NCBI GenBank assembly: GCA_964631415.1
Contig: CAZVZC010000047.1
Coordinates: 1 to 11,336 of the forward strand
Length of the DNA: 11,336 nt
Direction of reading: 5' to 3'
DNA from: an uncultured archaeon
GTDB taxonomy: Archaea; Asgardarchaeota; Thorarchaeia; Thorarchaeales; Thorarchaeaceae
Position numbers and translations under genes: made by a program. This document shows, piece after piece, positions 1 through 6,852 of the stretch. Each line of letters begins with the position of its first letter. Position 1 is the first letter of the stretch. The notes below the pieces were generated by a model. It was not told the DNA's origin and did no database searches. It was given only the letters and a program-made list of their open reading frames with translations.

Positions 1-710
1 TCGCGCTCGCTAGGCTTGAAGACATTCGGTCGGACGGTGGACATCTGAGGTCTCGTGTACGGGCAGAGGATCTCAGCCATGATGTTCCCTCCGAATGCAG
101 GGCGAATCTGCACAAGCTGTCGCTTGTCATCGATTTCAAGACCAGTACAGTCTGCAGTGAGTCCAAGACCAAGTCGAGCCGCCACACGAGGAGCGAGGTC
201 TCTTCCGTTGCCTGTCGCACCAAACAGTACGATTGCGGGCTTGCGAGGAGCGATCAAAGACGTGACTGCAATGGTGTACGCATCTGTCGTGTAGTCAGCA
301 AAGGCCTTGTCATCCACTACGAGAACCTTGTCAGCTCCTTGGTGAATCAATGACTCCGCGTAGCTGGATGTTTCTGATCCAATGAGCACGGCCACGACCT
401 TCTCGTGGAGATTGTCGGCAAGGAAACGCGCCTTGGTCACCAGCTCATAGGCTACACTCCGGACTCTTCCCTCAGCAGTTTCACATACAACCCAGACGTC
501 CTTGTACTGAGCGATCTTGTCCTTGTCCACGGCCTTTCTTTCGATCTTTATGGCATTGACAGGGCACACCTCTTGACAGGAGCCACAGAGAACACACTTG
601 TCAAAGTCGAACCGCACCTTGTTGTCGTCCTTGGCGATGGCACCGAAGTTGCAGACCTTTGGGCACAGCATGCAGCCAGTGCATTTCTCCTTATCATAGA
701 GCAGTGCCAT
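1..710 (-). CDS. etfA: Electron transfer flavoprotein alpha subunit with N-terminal 2x[4Fe-4S] ferredoxin domain (runs off the window; C-terminus missing)
   Basis: Not in the ORF track; translated by hand from ATG at 710-708, 3 nt after the etfB stop: MALLYDKEKCTGCMLCPKVCNFGAI...DKCVLCGSCQEVCPVNAI...KDVWVVCE...GRDLAPRVAARLGLGLTADCTGL...QIRPAFGGNIMAEILCPYTRPQMSTVRP. Two CxxCxxCxxxC motifs followed by the EtfA motifs GLTADCT, RPAFGGN and RPQMSTVRP. Confidence 0.95.
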   Translation of the reverse strand, partial: MALLYDKEKCTGCMLCPKVCNFGAIAKDDNKVRFDFDKCVLCGSCQEVCPVNAIKIERKAVDKDKIAQYKDVWVVCETAEGRVRSVAYELVTKARFLADNLHEKVVAVLIGSETSSYAESLIHQGADKVLVVDDKAFADYTTDAYTIAVTSLIAPRKPAIVLFGATGNGRDLAPRVAARLGLGLTADCTGLEIDDKRQLVQIRPAFGGNIMAEILCPYTRPQMSTVRPNVFKPSER

Positions 711-713
711 TCT

Positions 714-1502
714 CTAGATCGCCCCCTTTGATGCGAGAAACTCAACGAGTCTCTTTGCTGCGGCCTTCGGGTCGGTTCCCTCTATCTTGATGCCGCCTTT
801 CCTCCTCTCAGGTGCGAACACTTTCCTGACTGTCGTCGGTGAACCCTTGAGTCCAATTGAGTCTGGATTGACACCCAGCGTCGTCACGTTCACTTCTTCG
901 AGAGGCTTCTTCTTCGCCTTCATGATGCCCATGATGTTAGGGAGTCTGGGCTCGTTCAGACCCTTTGTGGCGGTCAGCAGTGCAGGCAGCTTCACTCTCA
1001 CCACTTCGTAGCCCTCATCAGTCCCTCGATGTACGACCACGAACTTACCATCCTCCTCGACTTCAAGGTGGCGTACATAGCAGACCTGAGGAATACCAAG
1101 CAGCTCAGCAATCTCCGGACCCACCTGAGCGGTATCACCATCTATGGCTTGCTTTCCACAGATGACCAAGTCATACTCCATTTTCTTGATCTGTTCGGAT
1201 AGAGTGCGGGCAGTGGCCCAGGTGTCTGCACCTGCGAACGCTCTATCAGTGAGGAAAACAGCCTTGTCTGCACCCATGGCCAGCGCCTTCAGCAGTACGT
1301 CCTTGGCTTGGGGGGGGCCCATCGTTATGACTGTGACCTCACCGCCGAGCTTCTCCTTAAGCTGTATCGCCGCCTCAACTGCGTACTCGTCGAATGGATT
1401 CAGAATGCTGGGCACTCCTTCTCGGATGAGCGTGCCGGTTTCAGGGTTGATACGAACCTCAGCGACCTCAGGAACTTGCTTGACAGGGACTACGATTTTC
1501 AT
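714..1502 (-). CDS. etfB: Electron transfer flavoprotein beta subunit
   Basis: MKIVVPVKQVP, NPFDEYAVEAA, DRAFAGADTWAT, CGKQAIDGDTAQVGP, GLKGSPT. Start placed at ATG 1502 (family-typical N-terminus, GGAGTG 7 nt upstream) rather than the track's 1526. Confidence 0.96.
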   Translation of the reverse strand: MKIVVPVKQVPEVAEVRINPETGTLIREGVPSILNPFDEYAVEAAIQLKEKLGGEVTVITMGPPQAKDVLLKALAMGADKAVFLTDRAFAGADTWATARTLSEQIKKMEYDLVICGKQAIDGDTAQVGPEIAELLGIPQVCYVRHLEVEEDGKFVVVHRGTDEGYEVVRVKLPALLTATKGLNEPRLPNIMGIMKAKKKPLEEVNVTTLGVNPDSIGLKGSPTTVRKVFAPERRKGGIKIEGTDPKAAAKRLVEFLASKGAI

Positions 1503-1556
1503 GAACGTACACTCCGAGGTGCCCACGTTGTTCGGCTCGCCCGGTAATCTGCCCCA

Positions 1557-1562
1557 TTATAA
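1557..1562 (-). promoter_or_regulatory. Putative TATA box (palindromic TTATAA) for etfBA
   Basis: Only TATA-like AT-rich hexamer in GC-rich sequence about 55 nt upstream of the etfB ATG; being palindromic it could act in either direction. Confidence 0.5.
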
Positions 1563-1714
1563 GCAATGTGTACGAGGAACAGTCAACCGGACGACAGGGT
1601 CCTCCGTGTGGGAGAACCCGTCCAAGGAGGTGCGAGAGCAGGCCTTACGTAATCCTTTTATGATAGCTTCAGCGGATAACCAGCCAATTCCTACTAAGAA
1701 GGTAGTGGACGCTA

Positions 1715-2107
1715 ATGGGCAAAGAGAAAGGCATTGGCATACTCATATTCATCCTCGCATTCCTTGTGTTGATTTACTACACATGGGGTCTTGTAATCCT
1801 GCAGAACCCATGGTTCGGGCAAGCTGTTCAGGACTGGGTATTGGCTACTTTTGGAGCCGGGTTACTGAGAGACATCTTCCTCCCGAATCCGATGTTCCTT
1901 ATCATCCTCCCCGTCTGGCTTGCCGCAGTGCTGATTGCAGTCATCGCGATGTGGATTGGTTGGACAATGATCACCACACCAGCTCCTGAGCCACTCGAAG
2001 ACTTTGACTTCGAAGAGGAGAAGGTGGCTGAGGGAAAGAAGGCTGAGGAGAAGAAGCCTGAAGAGAAGAAACCCGAGGAGAAGAAGCCCGAGGGTAAGAA
2101 GAAGTAG
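1715..2107 (+). CDS. Two-TM membrane protein, DPM2-like (dolichol-phosphate-mannose synthase regulatory subunit-like), with charged repetitive tail
   Basis: TM1 GIGILIFILAFLVLIYYTWGLVIL; loop ending IFLPNPMF; TM2 LIILPVWLAAVLIAVIAMWIGWTM; then TTPAPEP. The pattern G...YYT.W / FLP...I.P / I...M matches eukaryotic DPM2 as I recall it. WIGWTMxTTPxP is typical of a small archaeal membrane-protein family. Confidence 0.6.
   Translation: MGKEKGIGILIFILAFLVLIYYTWGLVILQNPWFGQAVQDWVLATFGAGLLRDIFLPNPMFLIILPVWLAAVLIAVIAMWIGWTMITTPAPEPLEDFDFEEEKVAEGKKAEEKKPEEKKPEEKKPEGKKK
2015..2104 (+). repeat. Six degenerate 15-bp coding tandem repeats (EEKVA EGKKA EEKKP EEKKP EEKKP EGKKK)
   Basis: gaggagaaggtggct|gagggaaagaaggct|gaggagaagaagcct|gaagagaagaaaccc|gaggagaagaagccc|gagggtaagaagaag, immediately before the TAG. 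Confidence 0.9.
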
Positions 2108-2143
2108 AGTGCTTCAAGAGAATAACCCAAGTCACTACCACAG

Positions 2144-2178
2144 GAGAGCGGACCTTGTGGTCCCTCTCACCTCATTTT
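2144..2178 (+). terminator. Possible terminator hairpin between convergent genes
   Basis: GAGAG-c-GGACC-ttgt-GGTCC-CTCTC (2144-2168) followed by TTTT at 2175-2178. Confidence 0.4.
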
Positions 2179-2274
2179 CCGTCGCATGGCAAGAGCCTGT
2201 GACATTGCAGCCACTCTGTTATGGTTGGATACAGCCTGAATCGGAATTGGCATGGAATCGGTATGTCTGCTAAC

Positions 2275-3633
2275 TCATACCTTCTCTACCGCTTCTAGAA
2301 TCAACTTCACGCCCCTCTGGGACAGCTTGTCTGCCGTGTCTTGAGATCGCCCTTCTGCAAAACACCGCCACAGGGGCTCGGTACCTGATGGCCTCATCAG
2401 CACCCAACCTTCGTCGTAGAGGAGCTTCACTCCATCTAGTGTGACTCTGTTTTCGCCTTCCGTGAGGCGGAGCAGCACATCGAGAATCTGATTCCTCTTC
2501 TCTGGAGGTACAGAGACCTTCGTCTTCGTGCTTGCATAGTGGGGCAGTTGTGAGATCAGCTCAGACAGCGCCTTGCCCTCCAAGGCCAGCATCTCAACTG
2601 TCTGTGCTGCAGTCATTGCCCCATCGCGAACAGGCTGATGCGGAGGATAGAAGACGCCCCCGTTCTCCTCGCCTCCGAGCTCTGCACCTATCTCTTTCAG
2701 CTTGTGGGAAACCACGACGCTTCCCACTTCAGTCCAGACGATGCGGGCTCCAGCCTCTCGGGCAACATCCTCAATCAGCCGTCCACTACTCACAGGCGTC
2801 ACCAGTGTGGACCCTCTCTTTTTGGGCAGCACGCGGGCGGCTATTAGAGCAAACGACTGATCGCCCCACAGAACCTGACCTTTCTCATCAACAAACGTCG
2901 CCCTGTCAGCATCGCCGTCATGTGCAATCCCAACATCAGCCCCTATGGCGACCACTGCGCGGCGGAGAGACTCGAGATTCTCAGGGAGAGGCTCCGGGTT
3001 GCGACCAGGAAACGTCCCATCCAGCTGTGCGTTGAGCGATATCACCTTGCACCCAAGCTCCCTCATGAGATGCGGCGTGACCAAGGAACCCACGCTGTTC
3101 GCTCCATCAATCACAACCGTGAGATTCCTCTTCTGAATCGCCTCGACGTCAACATGGGACTTCACTGCATCTATGAATTGGTCTATCGCAGAGTCGTACG
3201 ATTGGACAGTGCCTATCCTGTTCCATCCCACAATGGCAAACTGCCTCCCGAAGTAGACGTCCTCTATGCGTGCTTCAATCTCCCTTGAAACCTCTATCCC
3301 GTCTGACCCCACGACCTTGATTCCGTTGAACTCGGGGGGATTATGGGAAGCTGTAATGACTATGCCAGCTGCGCATCCGAGTCTCGGCACGACGAACTGC
3401 AAAGCTGGAGTCGGCGCCAAGCCCACATCCATCACTGAACAACCAGTGGCCAGAAGGGCGGACGTTACTGCCCTCGTGAACATCTCGCCGCCCATTCGGG
3501 AGTCTCGGGCAATGGCAACCAGACCCGGCCCCGCGATTGTTCCGACGGCCTTGCCGAGATTGAGTGCCATGTCCACGGTCAGGCTTTGGTTGATGACACC
3601 CCTGATGCCATTGGTGCCGAAGATGCGCCCCAT
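2275..3633 (-). CDS. glmM: Alpha-D-phosphohexomutase (archaeal phosphoglucosamine mutase or phosphomannomutase/phosphoglucomutase)
   Basis: FGTNGIRG, catalytic TASHNP, metal loop DGDADR, sugar loop GEENGG, RPSGTEP; SD GGTGA at 3644-3640. The family is clear; substrate specificity, and so the symbol, is tentative. Confidence 0.88.
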   Translation of the reverse strand: MGRIFGTNGIRGVINQSLTVDMALNLGKAVGTIAGPGLVAIARDSRMGGEMFTRAVTSALLATGCSVMDVGLAPTPALQFVVPRLGCAAGIVITASHNPPEFNGIKVVGSDGIEVSREIEARIEDVYFGRQFAIVGWNRIGTVQSYDSAIDQFIDAVKSHVDVEAIQKRNLTVVIDGANSVGSLVTPHLMRELGCKVISLNAQLDGTFPGRNPEPLPENLESLRRAVVAIGADVGIAHDGDADRATFVDEKGQVLWGDQSFALIAARVLPKKRGSTLVTPVSSGRLIEDVAREAGARIVWTEVGSVVVSHKLKEIGAELGGEENGGVFYPPHQPVRDGAMTAAQTVEMLALEGKALSELISQLPHYASTKTKVSVPPEKRNQILDVLLRLTEGENRVTLDGVKLLYDEGWVLMRPSGTEPLWRCFAEGRSQDTADKLSQRGVKLILEAVEKV

Positions 3634-3670
3634 CTATGTTCACCAAATCAGTTGTCCCCATAGGCGATGA

Positions 3671-3676
3671 CTTAAG
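3671..3676. promoter_or_regulatory. Palindromic CTTAAG TATA-like box centred between divergent genes
   Basis: Lies 37 nt from the mutase ATG and 34 nt from the TPR ATG; the same YTTAAG occurs upstream of rps19 and the flavodoxin. Confidence 0.45.
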
Positions 3677-3710
3677 AGTATCGTCAGTTCCGTGACAACC
3701 TGAAGTCAGA

Positions 3711-4226
3711 ATGCGTTTCTTCAGGCATAAGACAGACATTGAGTACGAACAAGCTGCAAAGATGCTGGCTGATGGAAACTCCCGCGAAGCCGTAGACACA
3801 CTACGGCAGATCGTTTCGAAGAACCCGAGGCATACTAACGCGATGGTGTCCCTAGCTGTAGCACTCATTGAACAGCAGGGTACACCGGAAAGGGACAGTC
3901 CACTCACGAAGGAGGCCCTAGGTCTACTCGACAATGCCGCAGCCCAAGCTCCAAAGGATCCGGTGCCACTGTTCAACAAGGGGGTATGTCTGAGAGATCT
4001 TGGCATGCTTGAGGAGGCTCTAGCTAGCTTTCAAGCGGCACTGAATATCGAAAAGAGACTCCCACTGGCCATTCTCCACATGGCAGAGATCAACTACGAA
4101 CTTGGTAGATGGGAGAAATCCATCGAACTCGCTAGGCTTGCTCTGATAAGAGACCCCGGTCTGGAAGGTTCTATGGAATGGGTGCGTGATGCAGTGAGCA
4201 AAGCCGCTGGCAATGGCAGACCCTGA
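3711..4226 (+). CDS. Tetratricopeptide-repeat protein
   Basis: TPR-like helical units: AVDTLRQIVSKNPRHTNAMVSLAVAL; PLFNKGVCLRDLGMLEEALASFQAALNI; AILHMAEINYELGRWEKSIELARLALIRDP. Confidence 0.85.
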   Translation: MRFFRHKTDIEYEQAAKMLADGNSREAVDTLRQIVSKNPRHTNAMVSLAVALIEQQGTPERDSPLTKEALGLLDNAAAQAPKDPVPLFNKGVCLRDLGMLEEALASFQAALNIEKRLPLAILHMAEINYELGRWEKSIELARLALIRDPGLEGSMEWVRDAVSKAAGNGRP

Positions 4227-4250
4227 AACGTGTCTACTACGCGACCCTGA

Positions 4251-4263
4251 CGAAACGTTTAAG
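4251..4263 (+). promoter_or_regulatory. Putative BRE plus TATA (CGAAAC g TTTAAG) for rps19
   Basis: Purine-rich element directly upstream of TTTAAG (4258-4263); strong SD GGTGAT at 4321-4326 before the ATG. Confidence 0.55.
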
Positions 4264-4329
4264 TTAACATTTCAATGGGTGACGTCAATCTGAGTGGTCA
4301 CGGCCATCTCTACCTAATATGGTGATCAC

Positions 4330-4740
4330 ATGTCACAGAAAGGCGTTCCGACCTATCGCGGACATGAGCTTGAGGCCCTTGCCAAGATGAGCATGGATGA
4401 GCTGATAGAGCTTCTCCCATCACGTAGGAGAAGGACCCTGAAGCGAGGGCTTCCTCCAAGACAGAAGAAACTCCTCATCAAGCTCAGGAATGCAAGGAAG
4501 GCTCAGAAGAAGGGTAAGGAAGTCATTGTGAAGACACACTGTCGTGACATGGTCATACTCCCGGAGATGGTCGATCTTACTGTGGCCGTGCACAATGGCA
4601 AGGATTTCCTTAGGGTCAAGATAATCCCACAGATGATTGGACACGTCCTTGGAGAGTTTGCCCCCTCAACCAAGAAGGTTTCCCATGGCAACCCAGGCAT
4701 TGGTGCAACCAAGTCATCATCATTCGTACCGCTGAAGTAG
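4330..4740 (+). CDS. rps19: 30S ribosomal protein uS19 (archaeal S19P / eukaryotic S15 type)
   Basis: [43 protein letters not shown] and the C-terminal [18 protein letters not shown] tail typical of archaeal/eukaryotic uS19. Confidence 0.98.
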   Translation: MSQKGVPTYRGHELEALAKMSMDELIELLPSRRRRTLKRGLPPRQKKLLIKLRNARKAQKKGKEVIVKTHCRDMVILPEMVDLTVAVHNGKDFLRVKIIPQMIGHVLGEFAPSTKKVSHGNPGIGATKSSSFVPLK

Positions 4741-4845
4741 GTGCACTTCTTTCCGAAGAAGCACACTCACGGCGCTTGGCGTCAGTCACAGTGTTTCCCT
4801 GTACTGTTCTCTGTAGTGAGGGTCTTGCGTCTTTCGTGGGAATTG

Positions 4846-4855
4846 TTCTTAAGAA
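4846..4855 (+). promoter_or_regulatory. Perfect palindrome TTCTTAAGAA containing a TATA-like CTTAAG upstream of the flavodoxin
   Basis: 10-bp palindrome; CTTAAG ends 35 nt before ATG 4889. Confidence 0.45.
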
Positions 4856-4888
4856 AAGCACCAACTATGGATGGAATGGAGAGAGCAA

Positions 4889-5356
4889 ATGAAGACCGCA
4901 CTTATTGTATACGAAAGCAAGTACGGCAACACGAAGCGCTTGGCTAGTGCGATTGCCGAAGGCATTCGAAAAGTAGGTGACCTCGAGTGCAAGGTCGTGG
5001 CAGTCGGGGAGGTACAACCAGATGAACTCCCCAAGTACGACACGATTCTGTTTGGCTGTCCGAACCATATGCAGGGGCCCAGCCGTGGGCTCATGAGTTT
5101 CATCGACCGGGCAGCTATTGTCAACCTGAGCGGCAAGACTGGAGCGGCCTTTGACACATACATGGGCGGCAATAAGGGAATAGCAGTCACCAAGCTGGAA
5201 CAGAAGATACGACAGAAACTTCCCGGCGTCCGACTGGTCATCCCAGGTCTGTCAGCAGAGGTCAGGAGCAGAACTGGGCCTTTGGTTGAGGAGGAGATCC
5301 AGAGGGCCAGTCAGTTTGGTGAGACAATTGGCGAAGCACTGCTCAAACAACCGTAG
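4889..5356 (+). CDS. Flavodoxin-family protein
   Basis: FMN phosphate loop IVYESKYGNTKRLA, YDTILFGCPNH, LSGKTGAAFDT. Start placed at ATG 4889 (MKTALIVY); ATG 4871 is also possible. Confidence 0.9.
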   Translation: MKTALIVYESKYGNTKRLASAIAEGIRKVGDLECKVVAVGEVQPDELPKYDTILFGCPNHMQGPSRGLMSFIDRAAIVNLSGKTGAAFDTYMGGNKGIAVTKLEQKIRQKLPGVRLVIPGLSAEVRSRTGPLVEEEIQRASQFGETIGEALLKQP

Positions 5357-5451
5357 TCCGTCTTGAAATCCTTGGTCCTCATGTTCCCACGATTTGCGCG
5401 GAAATCTCATTCTGTTCGAAGGCACTAGGGAACCCGTCTCGTCAATGGTAT

Positions 5452-6636
5452 CTATATCTCGTAGCTGTCGCGCGCACGCGATAGTCGTCTGCAGCCTGTT
5501 TCTGTGACTGCAAAGGTGTCTTCAATGCCCAGCAGCTTCTTACCCAAGAAGACGAGCTTTGGCTCGCAAGCCAACACGTTGCCTGATACAAGATCGGGTC
5601 CCTCCGAATAGAACACAGGGAGATCATCCAGTTCCAGTCCGACACCATGGCCGACAAATGCCACCTTATCAGACCCATCCCCCATGAAGTGTTCTTGAAT
5701 ACCCAGTTCTGTGCTCAGTGCAAGCACTCTGCCGTAGAGAGACCCCAGGTTCACACCTGGTCGGAGCTCCTGCTGGATGAGCAGTCTAATCTGATTCAGC
5801 GAGTCAATCTGACTGCGGGTTTCCGGGTCGAATCGGCCAAGCACGAATGTTCGAGTAGTGTCGGATATGTAGCCTTGACAGTTGCCGCAGGTATCCACTA
5901 AGAAGGGGGAACTGCGTCCTATTCTCTGATGAGATGGCCCGTACGGATATTTCAGAGACAGACCCCCGCTTGAAACAGGTGTGAAGTAACTGTTGAGAGC
6001 TGAGGCAGTGCTTGAAACGACGTAGGAGTACTGTGGCATTATGGAACCAAAGGCCCGCGTTGTGATGAAGCCGCCATGGCCATTCTCAAGCAACCAGCAG
6101 TCCAATCGTGATGCCAGCTCCACTTCGGTCATATTGGGCTCTGCTATGCGTGTGCAGTAGTCGAAAGAGCGATCTACAATGCTTGCGGCCTTCTCGATCA
6201 ACTCAATCTCAGACTCGGACTTGACAGAGCGCTGCTGTCGGAATATGAGACTGCCATCGACAAGCTGAGTCCCTCCTGCCTTGGACTGGAGAAATGACAC
6301 GAAGGAGAATGGCAACAGATCCGCTTCTATGGCGATTCGTGTTTCTGATTTGATTCCTAGTGTTTCAAAGAACTTCGACTGTCGCCCAAAGTCCCGAACT
6401 GTTGGAATCGCCGAATGTAGGCGGGCGAGTGCAACGTTGCGTTTTACGAGGTGAATGGGCGTCCCATCCGCGGGGACATATACCGCCCCCTCAAGTCCAA
6501 TTCCTGAATAGTAATAGAGCTCTGTCGCCGAAAAGAGCAGAGCGCCATCGATGCCTTGTTCATTCAATCTGCGACGCAGACTGCCTATTCTTGACTCAAT
6601 CTCTGAGCGAGAAAAACCACTGCTGCAACTGGACAT
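5452..6636 (-). CDS. M24-family metallopeptidase (Xaa-Pro aminopeptidase/prolidase-like) with creatinase-type N-terminal domain
   Basis: ELYYYSG, RSVKSESEIELIEKA, metal ligands in VDTCG, SDTTRT, GHGVG, CEPK and GIEDT. Start placed at ATG 6636; the track's Ser/Gly-rich 31-aa extension looks non-coding. Confidence 0.9.
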   Translation of the reverse strand: MSSCSSGFSRSEIESRIGSLRRRLNEQGIDGALLFSATELYYYSGIGLEGAVYVPADGTPIHLVKRNVALARLHSAIPTVRDFGRQSKFFETLGIKSETRIAIEADLLPFSFVSFLQSKAGGTQLVDGSLIFRQQRSVKSESEIELIEKAASIVDRSFDYCTRIAEPNMTEVELASRLDCWLLENGHGGFITTRAFGSIMPQYSYVVSSTASALNSYFTPVSSGGLSLKYPYGPSHQRIGRSSPFLVDTCGNCQGYISDTTRTFVLGRFDPETRSQIDSLNQIRLLIQQELRPGVNLGSLYGRVLALSTELGIQEHFMGDGSDKVAFVGHGVGLELDDLPVFYSEGPDLVSGNVLACEPKLVFLGKKLLGIEDTFAVTETGCRRLSRARDSYEI

Positions 6637-6790
6637 GACTAGGCTACCCCATTCTGGTAAGGAGGGTCCATGTGAAAAACGTGACGAACTGGAACCACCT
6701 CTGTACTGTTTCGCCTGTCCCCTCCACACTGCCGAATTGGGGGAGTAAACGAGCCCGATGCGTCATTTGCGCCTTCCTTGGGAGAATGCA

Positions 6791-6841
6791 CATTATCCTT
6801 ATTAATCACCACTAATATGATATAATATCGACTATGGGAGG
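6791..6841. promoter_or_regulatory. AT-rich divergent promoter region with imperfect palindrome ATATGATATAATAT (6815-6828) and SD GGGAGG (6836-6841)
   Basis: Most AT-rich stretch I can see in the window, between the divergent peptidase and thioredoxin-like genes. Confidence 0.55.
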
Positions 6842-6852
6842 CTAATCTGAAC

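Noticed and set aside
55-1547. Plus-strand ORFs over etfAB (55-294, 405-731, 787-1011, 965-1165, 1308-1547), the 1144-1989 ORF and the minus-strand 548-745 ORF
   Set aside because: Antisense or off-frame shadows of well-supported genes with no recognisable motifs.
2015-2104. 15-bp repeats as a CRISPR array
   Set aside because: No spacers, in-frame coding, degenerate units and no cas genes.
2090-2107. C-terminal EGKKK as an ER-retrieval KKxx signal on the DPM2-like protein
   Set aside because: Position -4 is Gly and -5 is Glu, so it fits neither KKxx nor KxKxx; it is simply the last repeat unit.
2532-4006. ORFs overlapping the phosphohexomutase and TPR genes, including the 221-aa 3341-4006 minus-strand ORF
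   Set aside because: Shadow frames of stronger genes with Arg/Ser/Pro-rich, non-protein-like composition.
5357-5451. Possible stems in the flavodoxin/peptidase gap (GTTCCC...GGGAAC enclosing GATTT...AAATC)
   Set aside because: Short, widely spaced stems expected by chance, with no other support.
6637-6729. N-terminal extension of the M24 peptidase in the ORF track
   Set aside because: Low-complexity and outside the family domain; ATG 6636 is the more plausible start.
6834-6845. Mini-ORF ATG GGA GGC TAA upstream of the thioredoxin-like gene
   Set aside because: Three codons coinciding with the SD sequence; cannot be distinguished from chance.
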